DNA of 62,945 nt, counting the filler, from Candidatus Tectimicrobiota bacterium (GTDB taxonomy: Bacteria; JACPSX01), in NCBI GenBank assembly GCA_016193065.1. It is 6 parts of 6 records of this genome, joined end to end, with 100 filler letters (N's around TTAATTAATTAA, not from the genome) between each part and the next. Parts side by side here need not be neighbours in the genome. Positions count along the whole stretch, not along the records: positions 1 to 21,069 come from JACPSX010000001.1; 5 more parts are not named here. One strand, written 5' to 3'. The notes beneath the pieces were generated by a model. The model did not search any database, had not been told where the DNA came from, and saw only the letters and a program-made list of their open reading frames with translations. The position numbers and the translations under genes were made by a program. This document shows positions 7,361-17,147 of the stretch, in pieces (within the stretch, counting starts at the first letter, position 1; each line of letters opens with the position of its first letter).

Positions 7361-10300
7361 GTGGACCTCATCCGCGGCTCCCTGCAGAATCCCATCGGCC
7401 GGTTCATGTTCGCCATCGGCCTGATCCTGCTGGGGATCATCGCCTTCTCCAAGCTCGCCATCGATCTTTTCCCCGACATCACCTATCCGGTCGTCTCGGT
7501 GCTCACGGAATATGAGGGAGCGGCGCCGGAAGACGTGGAGGTGACCCTGACGCGCCCCGTGGAGAAGCGCCTGAGCCGCATTCAGAACGTCAAGAACATA
7601 TCTTCCCGGTCTCTGGAGGGCCTCTCCATCGTGACTGCCGAATTTTACTGGGGCACGAATCTGGATACGGCCACCGATGACATCCAGCAGGCCCTCAACC
7701 AGATCATCGATGATTTCCCCGACGACGCCAAGCGTCCCGTGATCTTCAAGTTCGACCCTTCCCAGATCTCGGTGATCACCTTCGCGGTCACCGGGACGAT
7801 GGACGAGTGGAAGCTGCGCGAGCTGGCTGAGGACACGATCGCCCCGCGCCTGGAAAGCATCCCGGGGGTCGCCGCAGCCAATGTTTTTGGAGGCAAGCGC
7901 CGGGAAATTCAGGTGCTGGTCGAACGCTCCCGTATGGAAGCTTCCGGCATCTCCATCCTCCAGGTCGTCGATGGAATCCGCCAGGCCAACACGGATGTTC
8001 CCGGGGGGAATCTCAAGGCGGGGAGCCGGGATTACAACGTCCGTACCCTGGGGCGCAGCACCCGGGTCGCTTTCCTGGAAGACCTGGTGGTCTCCAACCG
8101 AAACGGAGTTCCCGTTCGGGTCAAGGATATCGGACGAGTAGCGGACGGGTTCGAAGAGGAGGATACGGAGACCCGGGTGAACAGCGGAGCCGGTCTGGTC
8201 ATCGGCGTACAGAAGCAGATCGGGGGAAACACGGTCTCGGTCGTGGACACGATCTTGAAGGCCCTGCCCGCCATCCAGAGGGACCTCCCGAAGGGGACGG
8301 TCCTTGAGGTCATTAACGATCAGTCGCGCTACATCCGGAAATCCATCAAGAACCTCCAGCACGAGGCCATGATCGGCGCCCTTCTGGCTACGAGCATCGT
8401 GCTCATCTTCCTGCGCAACGTGAGCAGCACCTTGATCGTGGCCACCTCGATCCCGATCTCGATCCTTTCCACGTTTATCCTGCTCCACGTGAACCACCTG
8501 ACCCTGAACATCATGACCCTGGGCGGGCTCGCTCTGGGCGTCGGCCGTCTCCTGGATGACGCCATCGTGGTCCTGGAAAATATCAACCGCCACTTGGACA
8601 TGGGAGAGCCGCCGGAAGTGGCTTCCTACGAGGGGACCCGGGAGGTGAGCAAGCCGGTCATCGCCGCCACGATCACGAGCATCATCGTCTTTGTCCCGCT
8701 GGCGTTCGTGGAAGGGATCGCGACCGTTTTGTTCCTGCAGATGGCCTACACGGTGGCCTTCTCCTTGCTCGCGTCCCTGTTCGACTCCTTGACCCTGGTG
8801 CCCGTCCTGACTTCCAAGATCCTGGGCCGCCGCGAGCGTCCTGTCCGAGAGGAGTCCCTGGCGCGCAGGTTTTTTGTGAAAAGTCAGGATTTCTTTAATG
8901 GCGTTGATCAGCGCTACCAGAATCTCCTGTCCTGGGCCTTGAAACGCCGCCGCCTGGTTTTTACAGGGACTGGGGGAGTATTGGTCGCCAGCCTTCTGCT
9001 GGTACCCGCCATCGGCAGCGAGTTTTTCCCCAAGTCCGACGAGGGGAACGTGCGGATCAGCCTGCGGCTCCCCGTGGGAACGAGACTGGAAGAGACGCGC
9101 AAGGTGATCGAGCAGATCGAGGCCGTGGTGCGCTCCGAGGTTCCGGAAGTCGAGGCCATGTTTGCCCGGGCAGGCTCCGGGCGGGGCCGCTCGGTGATTT
9201 TCGGCGGCCGGTTCACCGGCCCGCACACGGGGTTCGTGTCGCTGACCCTTTCCGACAAATCCCGCCGCCGACGCTCCTCGGAGCAAATTGCCGCGGCCTT
9301 GCGTCCCAAGCTCTCCCGGATTCCCGGCGCCATTGTCACGGTGAACAGCGGCGGCCTGGTCTCGCGGGTCATCTCGTTCGGGTCGGAAGAGCCTCTGCGA
9401 GTCGAGATCATCGGGTACGACCTGGGGCTTTCCAGCCGCCTGGCCCGGGAAGTGGCCGAGTCCATGAGATCCGTGCCGGGCGTGACCGATATCCAGGTGA
9501 GCCGGGAAGAAGGCCAGCCCGAGTACAACGTGCGGATCCAGCACGACCGGGTCTCCAACATGGGTCTTACGGTGAGCCGGGTGGCCGACACGGTGAAATC
9601 CGCGCTGGGAGGCAAAGTCGCTTCCGTCTATATTGATCCAGCCACGGGCCGCGAGCATAACATCCGCGTGCGCCTCCAAGAGGCGGACCGGGGAGCTCCC
9701 CGGGACATTGAACGGATCACTCTTCCCATGGATAGCCGTGGTTCGATTTCCCTGGGCAACGTGGCTGAGCTGGTTGCGGCCACCTCCCCGACCCGGATCG
9801 AGCGCAAGTACCAGCAGCGGGCCGTCTTCGTCACCGCGGACAGCAGCGGCCGCGACTTTGGAAGTGTGGCTCGGGAAATTGAGAGCAATCTTGGCCGCCT
9901 GCAAGTTCCCGAGGGGTTCTCCATGAGGCTGAGAGGATCCCGAGAGGACCAGCAGCAAGCCTTCCGCTCCCTGGCTTTCGCCTTGCTGCTGGCCATTGTT
10001 CTCATCTATATGGTGCTCTCCGCCCAATTCGGTTCCCTGGTCCACCCCTTTCTCATTATGTTCTCGGTCCCCCTGGGATTCATCGGCGTCATCTGGGCCC
10101 TGTTCCTGACCGGAATCACCTTGAGCGTGATCTCCTTTATCGGCATCATCATGATGGTGGGGATCGTGGTCAGCAACGCGATCCTGCTGGTCGATTACAC
10201 GAACCTCTTGCGGGCGCGCGGGGTCGAGCTGGATCAGGCGGTGGTCCAGGCGGGCAGGACGCGGCTGCGTCCGATCCTGATGACGACGTTGACGACTCTT

Positions 10301-10468
10301 CTGGGGCTTTCCCCCATGGCCCTGGGAATCGGGGAAGGCGCGGAAGCAAACGCGCCTCTGGCGATTACCGTCATCGGCGGCCTTTCGGTCTCCACCTTCC
10401 TCACGCTCGTCTTTCTCCCCGCGCTTTATCATAGCGTCGAGCGCTATCGCCTGAAACGGCGAGCATAG
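7361..10468 (+). CDS. RND efflux transporter permease (AcrB/AcrD/AcrF family)
   Basis: 1035 aa; GRLLDDAIVVLENI and RLRPILMTT motifs. Confidence 0.95.
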   Translation: MDLIRGSLQNPIGRFMFAIGLILLGIIAFSKLAIDLFPDITYPVVSVLTEYEGAAPEDVEVTLTRPVEKRLSRIQNVKNISSRSLEGLSIVTAEFYWGTNLDTATDDIQQALNQIIDDFPDDAKRPVIFKFDPSQISVITFAVTGTMDEWKLRELAEDTIAPRLESIPGVAAANVFGGKRREIQVLVERSRMEASGISILQVVDGIRQANTDVPGGNLKAGSRDYNVRTLGRSTRVAFLEDLVVSNRNGVPVRVKDIGRVADGFEEEDTETRVNSGAGLVIGVQKQIGGNTVSVVDTILKALPAIQRDLPKGTVLEVINDQSRYIRKSIKNLQHEAMIGALLATSIVLIFLRNVSSTLIVATSIPISILSTFILLHVNHLTLNIMTLGGLALGVGRLLDDAIVVLENINRHLDMGEPPEVASYEGTREVSKPVIAATITSIIVFVPLAFVEGIATVLFLQMAYTVAFSLLASLFDSLTLVPVLTSKILGRRERPVREESLARRFFVKSQDFFNGVDQRYQNLLSWALKRRRLVFTGTGGVLVASLLLVPAIGSEFFPKSDEGNVRISLRLPVGTRLEETRKVIEQIEAVVRSEVPEVEAMFARAGSGRGRSVIFGGRFTGPHTGFVSLTLSDKSRRRRSSEQIAAALRPKLSRIPGAIVTVNSGGLVSRVISFGSEEPLRVEIIGYDLGLSSRLAREVAESMRSVPGVTDIQVSREEGQPEYNVRIQHDRVSNMGLTVSRVADTVKSALGGKVASVYIDPATGREHNIRVRLQEADRGAPRDIERITLPMDSRGSISLGNVAELVAATSPTRIERKYQQRAVFVTADSSGRDFGSVAREIESNLGRLQVPEGFSMRLRGSREDQQQAFRSLAFALLLAIVLIYMVLSAQFGSLVHPFLIMFSVPLGFIGVIWALFLTGITLSVISFIGIIMMVGIVVSNAILLVDYTNLLRARGVELDQAVVQAGRTRLRPILMTTLTTLLGLSPMALGIGEGAEANAPLAITVIGGLSVSTFLTLVFLPALYHSVERYRLKRRA

Positions 10469-10614
10469 CATTCAGCTCTTAGCTCTTGGCCCTTAGCTCT
10501 CGGCTATAAAAGCGAAACCTGGTAAAATGGCTTCGTGTTTTTTCGCTGCGGAGAACGCGGAGACCACAAAAAAGATCATGAACGGTTTCCCCTTGAAGAA
10601 GCGGGAGGGAGAAC

Positions 10615-11310
10615 GTGGCGGCAAAGGCGGTTTTTTTTGATGCGGGCGGCACTCTGATCTTCATCGATTACGATTACATTCTCGGGGTGCTTAGAGGTCA
10701 CGGAGTCACCCTGGACCGTCAAGACCTCATGAAAGGCGAGTATGCGGCCAAGTTCGAGGTGGACCACCGGATCCTGGTGGAAAAGCGCCGGGACGGCCTC
10801 TGGGATGACCTGTTCGGGATCATGCTGCGGGGCGCCGGAGTTCCCGAAGGGCTCCTGGACCGAGTAATTCCCGAGCTGGAGAGCGAAGTTCCCGCGGCGG
10901 CGCTGTGGCGTTGGGTCCGGCCTGAGACCCCAGACCTCTTACGTGGGCTGAAGACGGCGGGCTACACCCTCGGGGTGATTTCCAACTCCGACGGCCGGGT
11001 TGCCCAGCTTCTGGAGGAAGCCGGCCTTGCTCCGTATCTGGACGTCATTGTGGATTCCGGTGTCGTCGGAGTGGAGAAACCGGATCCCCGCATCTTCGAA
11101 CTGGCTCTCAAGCAAGTGGGGGTCTCTGCAGAAGAGGCTCTGTTCACGGGAGACATTTATTCGGTGGACGTTCTGGGGGCCCAGGCGGCGGAACTGAGAG
11201 GGATCCTGTTTGATCCCCTGCGGCTCTACGATCACGTGGACTGCCCCCGGATTCATGCCATCGACGAGATTGCGGTTTATGCCGGCCAATCTTCCCCCTC
11301 AGTACTTTGA
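10615..11310 (+). CDS. HAD-IA family hydrolase
   Basis: FFDAGGTL, ISNSDG, EKPDPRIF, GDIYSVDVLGA. Confidence 0.9.
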   Translation: MAAKAVFFDAGGTLIFIDYDYILGVLRGHGVTLDRQDLMKGEYAAKFEVDHRILVEKRRDGLWDDLFGIMLRGAGVPEGLLDRVIPELESEVPAAALWRWVRPETPDLLRGLKTAGYTLGVISNSDGRVAQLLEEAGLAPYLDVIVDSGVVGVEKPDPRIFELALKQVGVSAEEALFTGDIYSVDVLGAQAAELRGILFDPLRLYDHVDCPRIHAIDEIAVYAGQSSPSVL

Positions 11311-12256
11311 AGCGGAGCGGCTTTTCCGGGAAGCAAGATCTCCGCAGGACAAGCTGGCGGCCCTGGAGGAAATGCTCCGAATAATTCCCCACCACAAAGG
11401 GACCGACAAGCTGATCGGGGACCTGCGCCGCAAAATGGCCAAGCTCAAGGAGGAGGCGCAGAGGAGGCCCCAGACGGGGAAGAGAGGGGAGGCCTTTTCG
11501 ATCCGCCGGGAGGGAGCCGCCCAGGCAGTGCTGGTGGGTTTGCCCAATTCAGGGAAGTCCTCCTTGCTCGCGGCCCTTACCCATGCAACCCCGGTCGTGG
11601 CCGATTATCCGTTCACGACCCGCGGCGCCCAGCCGGGGATGATGGTCTTCGAGAACGTCCAGATCCAGCTCGTGGACACTCCGGCTCTGGGGGATGAGGC
11701 TGCCGATGCCTGGGTTCCGAACCTGCTGCGGGGCACGGATCTCATCGTCGTCGTCGTGGATCTGGAGGAAGATCCGCGCTCCCAGTTGGAGTTTATCCTG
11801 GGGGAGCTGGAAAAGTGGCGTGTCGGGATTCGGGAACTGCGCAGAGACCAGGAGGAGAAGGTCGGGTTTGTGGAAAAGCGCGGCTTCCTGGTCGGAACCA
11901 AGCTGGAGACAGCCGCGGCGCAGGATCGGCTGGCCTACTTGCAGGGTTTGGGAGTTCGGGCCCAGGGCATCTCGGTGGCCCGGGGGTGGGGTCTGGAAGA
12001 ATTTTCAAAATCCGTGTTTGAGGCTCTGGAGGTGATCCGGGTCTACAGCAAGCCGCCGGGAAAACCCGCCAGCTTGCAGGAGCCCATTATTCTGCCTCGC
12101 GGGAGTCAGGTGGCGGGTTTGGCCGCCAGCATTCACAAGGATCTGCTTCAGCAGATGAAGTTTGCCAGGGTCTGGAGCAATCAGGAAAAGATTGCGCGGA
12201 AGGTGGGAAGAGATCACATGCTTCAGGAAGGGGACGTGGTTGAGATCCACACCTGA
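11279..12256 (+). CDS. DRG-like (OBG superfamily) GTPase with C-terminal TGS domain
   Basis: MPANLPPQY, HKGTDKL, GLPNSGKSS, YPFTT, QLVDTP, LQEGDVVEIH. Confidence 0.85.
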   Translation: MPANLPPQYFEAERLFREARSPQDKLAALEEMLRIIPHHKGTDKLIGDLRRKMAKLKEEAQRRPQTGKRGEAFSIRREGAAQAVLVGLPNSGKSSLLAALTHATPVVADYPFTTRGAQPGMMVFENVQIQLVDTPALGDEAADAWVPNLLRGTDLIVVVVDLEEDPRSQLEFILGELEKWRVGIRELRRDQEEKVGFVEKRGFLVGTKLETAAAQDRLAYLQGLGVRAQGISVARGWGLEEFSKSVFEALEVIRVYSKPPGKPASLQEPIILPRGSQVAGLAASIHKDLLQQMKFARVWSNQEKIARKVGRDHMLQEGDVVEIHT

Positions 12257-12285
12257 CCGCGTGCGGAAGCAACATCGAGAGTAGC

Positions 12286-13704
12286 ATGAAGGACCGCAGA
12301 GCCATCTACCAATATATTGAGGATCACGAGGCGGAACACATCGCCCGGGTGCAGGAGTATTTGCGTCAGCCCAGCATCAGCGCTGACGGCACCGGGATGA
12401 GCGAATGCGCCCGGCTGCTTCAGGAATACTACCGGGCGCTGGGCTGCCGGGAGGTGGCGGAGGTGGACGTGGGGGGCTACCCGTTCGTGTGGGCTGTCTA
12501 CTCCTGCGGATCTCCCAAGACCATCATCAATTATTCCATGTACGATGTGCAGCCCGTGGAAGGTGAGGTCTGGAGTTCTCCGCCCTTTGAGGCTCACCTG
12601 CAGGAGCGTCCTCCCTTTGGCCGTGTGATCGTCGCCCGGGGAGCCCATAACAGTAAGGGGGGCTACCGGATGTGGCTCAATGCCCTGGAATCCATCATTG
12701 CGGTGGAGGGAAAGCTGCCGGTCAATATTTTCTTTACCGCCGAGGGAGAAGAGGAGTTGGGGAGTCCCCATCTACCGGCTTTCATCGACCGCTATCTCTC
12801 GCGCCTGCAAGAAGCGGATGGGGTGTTGAGCTGCATCCCCTGCCAGCAACACGATGGCGGAATCCGTTTGACTCTGGGAGTGAAGGGAATTTATGAGTTC
12901 CGGTTGGAATGCTCCGGAGAGCGCTGGGGGAGAGGGCCTGAAAAACATGATGTCCACAGCAGCATGAAAGCGATCGCGGACAGCCCCGTGTGGCGTCTTA
13001 TTCATGCCCTGTCCACTCTGACAACTCCCGATGGCAACCGCGTTCTCGTGGAGGGATTTTATGAGAACGCCGCCTCTCCAACCTCTGAGGATCTGGAACT
13101 GATCCGGGATCTTTCCTCTCAATTTGATCCTTCCCTGTGGCAACGAACCCATCGCATACGGAGTTGGGCCGACGATCTCTCGGGCCAGGATCTGCTGGTG
13201 CGGTTTATGTTTTCTCCCACCTTGAACATTCAAGGGATCTGGGGAGGGCACACAGGGGCCGGTTCCAAGACCGTCCTGCCCCACAAGGGGAGCTGCCAGA
13301 TCGACATTCGCCTCGTTCCCGGCATGACCGTGGAGGAAGTTCACGACAAGCTGCGCAGGCATCTGGACCGGCACGGCTATGAAGACATTGCGATCTTTCC
13401 TCTGGGCGGATATCCGCCGGCCCGCACGAGCCTGAGGACAAAGCTGGTTCAATCTGTCGTCCGCATGTACCGGGATCGTGGCATCACTCCGCAGATCTGG
13501 CCCCTTTCAGGGGGAAGCTGGCCCATGTATCTGTACTGCGAGGATCCCTTGCGGCTCCCCTATTGCGCGGGGGGGCTGGGTCACGGCGGCGGCGCTCACA
13601 GCCCCGACGAGTATTTGGTCATGCAGGGAAACGGCACCGTTGCCGGTCTCGTGGAAGCCGAGAAATCCTACGTGGACATCCTCTACAATTTCGTCGAAGC
13701 ATGA
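12286..13704 (+). CDS. M20/M25/M40 family metallopeptidase
   Basis: YDVQP, ARGAHNSKG, EGEEELGS, AHSPDE. Confidence 0.85.
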   Translation: MKDRRAIYQYIEDHEAEHIARVQEYLRQPSISADGTGMSECARLLQEYYRALGCREVAEVDVGGYPFVWAVYSCGSPKTIINYSMYDVQPVEGEVWSSPPFEAHLQERPPFGRVIVARGAHNSKGGYRMWLNALESIIAVEGKLPVNIFFTAEGEEELGSPHLPAFIDRYLSRLQEADGVLSCIPCQQHDGGIRLTLGVKGIYEFRLECSGERWGRGPEKHDVHSSMKAIADSPVWRLIHALSTLTTPDGNRVLVEGFYENAASPTSEDLELIRDLSSQFDPSLWQRTHRIRSWADDLSGQDLLVRFMFSPTLNIQGIWGGHTGAGSKTVLPHKGSCQIDIRLVPGMTVEEVHDKLRRHLDRHGYEDIAIFPLGGYPPARTSLRTKLVQSVVRMYRDRGITPQIWPLSGGSWPMYLYCEDPLRLPYCAGGLGHGGGAHSPDEYLVMQGNGTVAGLVEAEKSYVDILYNFVEA

Positions 13705-14089
13705 AACCTCATCGTGTTTCCGGCAAATTTGCGCCTCTTCTTTATGCCTGCCCTACTCAGAAAATGCCCTGTTCACCCCCTCCCTGCCCCTCCCCCCTCG
13801 AGGGGGAGGGTATGCCTGCCTGCCGCGCCCGCGGCGCAGGCAGGGGTGGGGGGGATGATGCACAGGTGAGCCCAAGGCTCATGACAACTGATCTGAAAAA
13901 GGATTGAGAATGCAAAAAGGGAAAATGTCATTTGTCTCTGGCACGGAAAAGTGCCGTGGAATCCCTGGATATACTTGCATGTTCAGAACGAGGCTTGCAA
14001 ACGGCGGGGGCATTGTTTATGGTGGAGTGGGAAAGGGCGTGATGGAATTCATTTCTGTTGATTTTGTTGATCCTGCGTAGAGGGGACCC

Positions 14090-15520
14090 ATGCTCGAAAA
14101 AATTACTCCGAGAACGGAAGATTTTTCCCGCTGGTACACTGATGTCATTGCTGCGGGGCAACTGGCCGACTACGCTCCGGTGAAAGGGTGCATGGTGATC
14201 CGGCCCAACGGCTTTGCCCTGTGGGAAAATTTCCAGCGGGCACTGGATGGAATGTTTAAGGAAACGGGGCACGAGAACGCCTACTTTCCCCTGTTCATCC
14301 CCGAGAGTTTCTTGAAGAAGGAAGCGGAGCACGTGGAGGGGTTTGCCCCCGAGTGCGCCGTCGTCACTCACGGCGGGGGCAAGGAGCTCGAGGAGCCTCT
14401 GGTTGTGCGCCCGACCTCCGAAACCATCATCTGGGCCATGTTTCGCAAATGGATCGAGTCCTACCGGGATTTGCCGCTGCTCATGAACCAGTGGTGCAAT
14501 GTCGTGCGCTGGGAAATGCGCACCCGCCTCTTCCTGCGGACTCTGGAGTTTCTCTGGCAAGAGGGGCATACCGCCCACGGCACCGCCGAGGAGGCCGAGG
14601 AGGAGACCCGGCGCATGCTGGAGGTCTACCGTCGTTTCGCGGAAGACTGGATGGCCATGCCGGTCATCTCCGGGATAAAGACCGAACGGGAGAAATTCGC
14701 GGGCGCCGTACGGACGTATTCCATCGAGGCCATGATGCAGGACCGTAAGGCCCTACAGTCTGGAACTTCGCATAACCTGGGGCAAAACTTTGCCCGGGCC
14801 TTTGACGTGACCTTTCAAAACGAGCGCGGGGAGAGAGAATTCGTTTGGGCTACGAGCTGGGGGGTCAGCACCCGCTTGATCGGCGCCTTGATTATGACGC
14901 ATGGAGATGACAAGGGGATCATCTTGCCGCCCAAGCTGGCCCCGACCCATTGCGTTTTGATCCCCATCTACAAGGGGGAAGATCAGCGCGCTCTGGTGCT
15001 CGAGCGTCTGGAGGCGATCGGCAACACGCTGAGCCCCGACTTTAAAGTGAAGGTGGACAAGAGAGAAGGCTACACCCCCGGCTGGAAATTCTATGATTGG
15101 GAGCAAAAGGGAGTTCCCCTGCGGGTGGAGATGGGACCACGGGATCTGGCGAAGAATCAGGTAGTCCTGGTGCGAAGGGACACAGGGGAGAAAATTCCTG
15201 TGGGTACAGAGGGCCTCGTGGATCGTGTCCGAGATGTACTTGATGCCATCCAGAGGTCTCTTTTCGAGAAGGCGCGCTCTTTAATGCTGCAAAATTCCGT
15301 GACTCTGGACGATTACCTGGACGTCGTGCGGTTCCTGGAAGGGCCGGGCGGGTTTGTTTACGGCCGCCTTTGTAATTCGTTCTCCTGTGAGGAGAAGATC
15401 CAGGAGGAGACCAAGGCCACGGTGCGCTGCATCCCGTTTGATCGCCCACCCGATCCGGGCCCTTGTCTGGTCTGCGGTAAGACGGTCGACGGGCGTGTCG
15501 TCATTGCCAAGGGGTATTGA
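14090..15520 (+). CDS. proS: Proline--tRNA ligase (archaeal/eukaryote-like type)
   Basis: VRPTSETII, VVRWEMRTRLFLRTLEFLWQEGHT, QSGTSHNLGQNF, SWGVSTR, C-terminal AKGY. Confidence 0.95.
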   Translation: MLEKITPRTEDFSRWYTDVIAAGQLADYAPVKGCMVIRPNGFALWENFQRALDGMFKETGHENAYFPLFIPESFLKKEAEHVEGFAPECAVVTHGGGKELEEPLVVRPTSETIIWAMFRKWIESYRDLPLLMNQWCNVVRWEMRTRLFLRTLEFLWQEGHTAHGTAEEAEEETRRMLEVYRRFAEDWMAMPVISGIKTEREKFAGAVRTYSIEAMMQDRKALQSGTSHNLGQNFARAFDVTFQNERGEREFVWATSWGVSTRLIGALIMTHGDDKGIILPPKLAPTHCVLIPIYKGEDQRALVLERLEAIGNTLSPDFKVKVDKREGYTPGWKFYDWEQKGVPLRVEMGPRDLAKNQVVLVRRDTGEKIPVGTEGLVDRVRDVLDAIQRSLFEKARSLMLQNSVTLDDYLDVVRFLEGPGGFVYGRLCNSFSCEEKIQEETKATVRCIPFDRPPDPGPCLVCGKTVDGRVVIAKGY

Positions 15521-15533
15521 GGGGGTTGTTTTC

Positions 15534-15839
15534 ATGGAAGAGAAGTTTGAAGAGATCGATCCTCAGGAGTTAAAAGACAGGCTGGAAGCCGCTGAGAACC
15601 GGATCGGCGATCTGGAGGAAACGGTGGAGTCCTTGACCCGGTTCGCCGGGATCGGCATGGCAGCCATTGAGATGTTGGTGCAAAAGAAGATCCTGAACCG
15701 CAAGAAACTCAACAAGATGGTGGCTCAATTTGAGGAGAACTTGAGCAAGTATTACGAAGAGGAGTTTGAAAACCTCCTGGCCAAGGAGGAGCGGAACATG
15801 CTTGCGGAACTGGACGAAGAGGAGATGCACAAGGCCTGA
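15534..15839 (+). CDS. Hypothetical acidic coiled-coil protein
   Basis: 101-aa ORF with RBS directly after proS; Glu/Leu-rich helical composition. Confidence 0.7.
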   Translation: MEEKFEEIDPQELKDRLEAAENRIGDLEETVESLTRFAGIGMAAIEMLVQKKILNRKKLNKMVAQFEENLSKYYEEEFENLLAKEERNMLAELDEEEMHKA

Positions 15840-15971
15840 ATTCACGGTTAAATTTCCGGTTGACAATCTTGATCGAAATAGTGTAGTATTGAGCTTGCCT
15901 ATTTTCATTACCTTATTCATTGCTTGGGCTTGGAAGTGACAAGCTCCAGCCATCGGGATGGAGGAATCAGC

Positions 15972-17147
15972 ATGGCAAAGTCGATTCGGGATCTGCTGGC
16001 GGAAGCCAAGCGGCAGGTGTGTGAAGTTTCCGCGCAGGATGTAAAGCGGATGCTCGAGAATCGGGAAGATGTGGTCCTCGTTGATGTGCGCGAAAAGGAC
16101 GAATACGGCAACGGCTACATTGACGGGGCCATTTACATTGGCCGGGGGATGCTCGAGTTCAGCGTAGAGAACCATGTTCCGGATAAACAAAAGAAGGTGG
16201 TCCTCTATTGCGCCCGGGGCAACCGCTCCGCTCTAGCCGGGCAAACCCTCCAGGCCTTGGGGTACACGAACGTCTATTCCATGGCGGGGGGGTTCCTGGG
16301 CTGGAAGGACAACGGTTTGCCCTTCGTGCAGGATAAGCAGTGGTCTCAAGAGCAGTTCTCCCGTTACAGCCGCCACTTCGCCCTGCGCGAGATTGGGGAG
16401 AAGGGACAGCGCAAGCTCCTGGAGTCTAAAGTGCTCCTGGTAGGCGCGGGTGGTTTGGGTTCGCCCTCGGCTATTTACCTGGCCGCCGCCGGGGTAGGAA
16501 CCCTGGGGATTATTGACTCCGACGTGGTGGATGTGAGCAATTTGCAGCGGCAGATCATCCATACGACGGCCAATGTGGGTAAGCCCAAAGCCGAGTCGGC
16601 CCGGGAAACAATTGCTGCATTGAACCCTGACGTGCGGGTGATTCCCTACAACTCCCGTCTTACGGCCGAGAACATCCTGGAGATTATCCGGGAATATGAC
16701 GTGGTCATGGATGGCAGCGACAACTTCGTAACCAAATACATGGTTAACGACGCCGCCTACTTGGCGGGCAAGCCCAACGTGTTCGGGAGCATCTTCCAGT
16801 TTGACGGGCAAGTAAGTGTTTTTCACCCGGATCGCGGCCCTTGCTACCGCTGCCTGTTTCCGGTCCCGCCGCCTCCGGGCCTCGTGCCCAGCTGAAGCGA
16901 GGCCGGTGTGCTGGGGGTCCTGCCCGGCATAGTTGGTCTGATCCAGGCAACCGAGGTGATCAAGCTGATCGTCGGAATCGGAGAGCCTCTGATCGGCAGA
17001 CTGATCGCTTACGATGCACTGGCCATGGAGTTCCGGGAGCTCAAAGTGAAGAGGGATGAGAATTGCCCTCTGTGCGGCACGGAACGGACAATCACGGAGC
17101 TGGCGAACTACGAGGAATTTTGCGGGGTGGCGGCACCCGCTGTCTAG
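15972..17147 (+). CDS. moeB: Rhodanese-MoeB/ThiF adenylyltransferase, probable selenoprotein (UGA 16893-16895, residue 308)
   Basis: Rhodanese YCARGNRS; RYSRH, GAGGLG, SNLQRQ, CYRC; reads PPPGLVPS-UGA-SEAGVLGVLPG in frame to CPLC; joins ORFs 15924-16895 and 16908-17147. Confidence 0.85.
16901..16938 (+). promoter_or_regulatory. SECIS-like hairpin of moeB
   Basis: GGCCGGTGTGCTGGG-ggtcctg-CCCGGCATAGTTGGTC; loop starts 21 nt after UGA with GG. Confidence 0.65.

Noticed and set aside
7337-10471. 1044-aa minus-strand ORF and other long antisense ORFs (6097-7482, 16233-17666, 32815-34554, 42115-43575, 48968-50530)
   Set aside because: Shadows of real genes caused by high-GC codon bias; no recognisable motifs
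16893-16895. Genome-wide UGA reassignment (Trp/Gly) as the explanation for in-frame TGA
   Set aside because: Many genes end normally at TGA (for example proS after AKGY); the three internal TGAs fall at Cys-type positions and have hairpins
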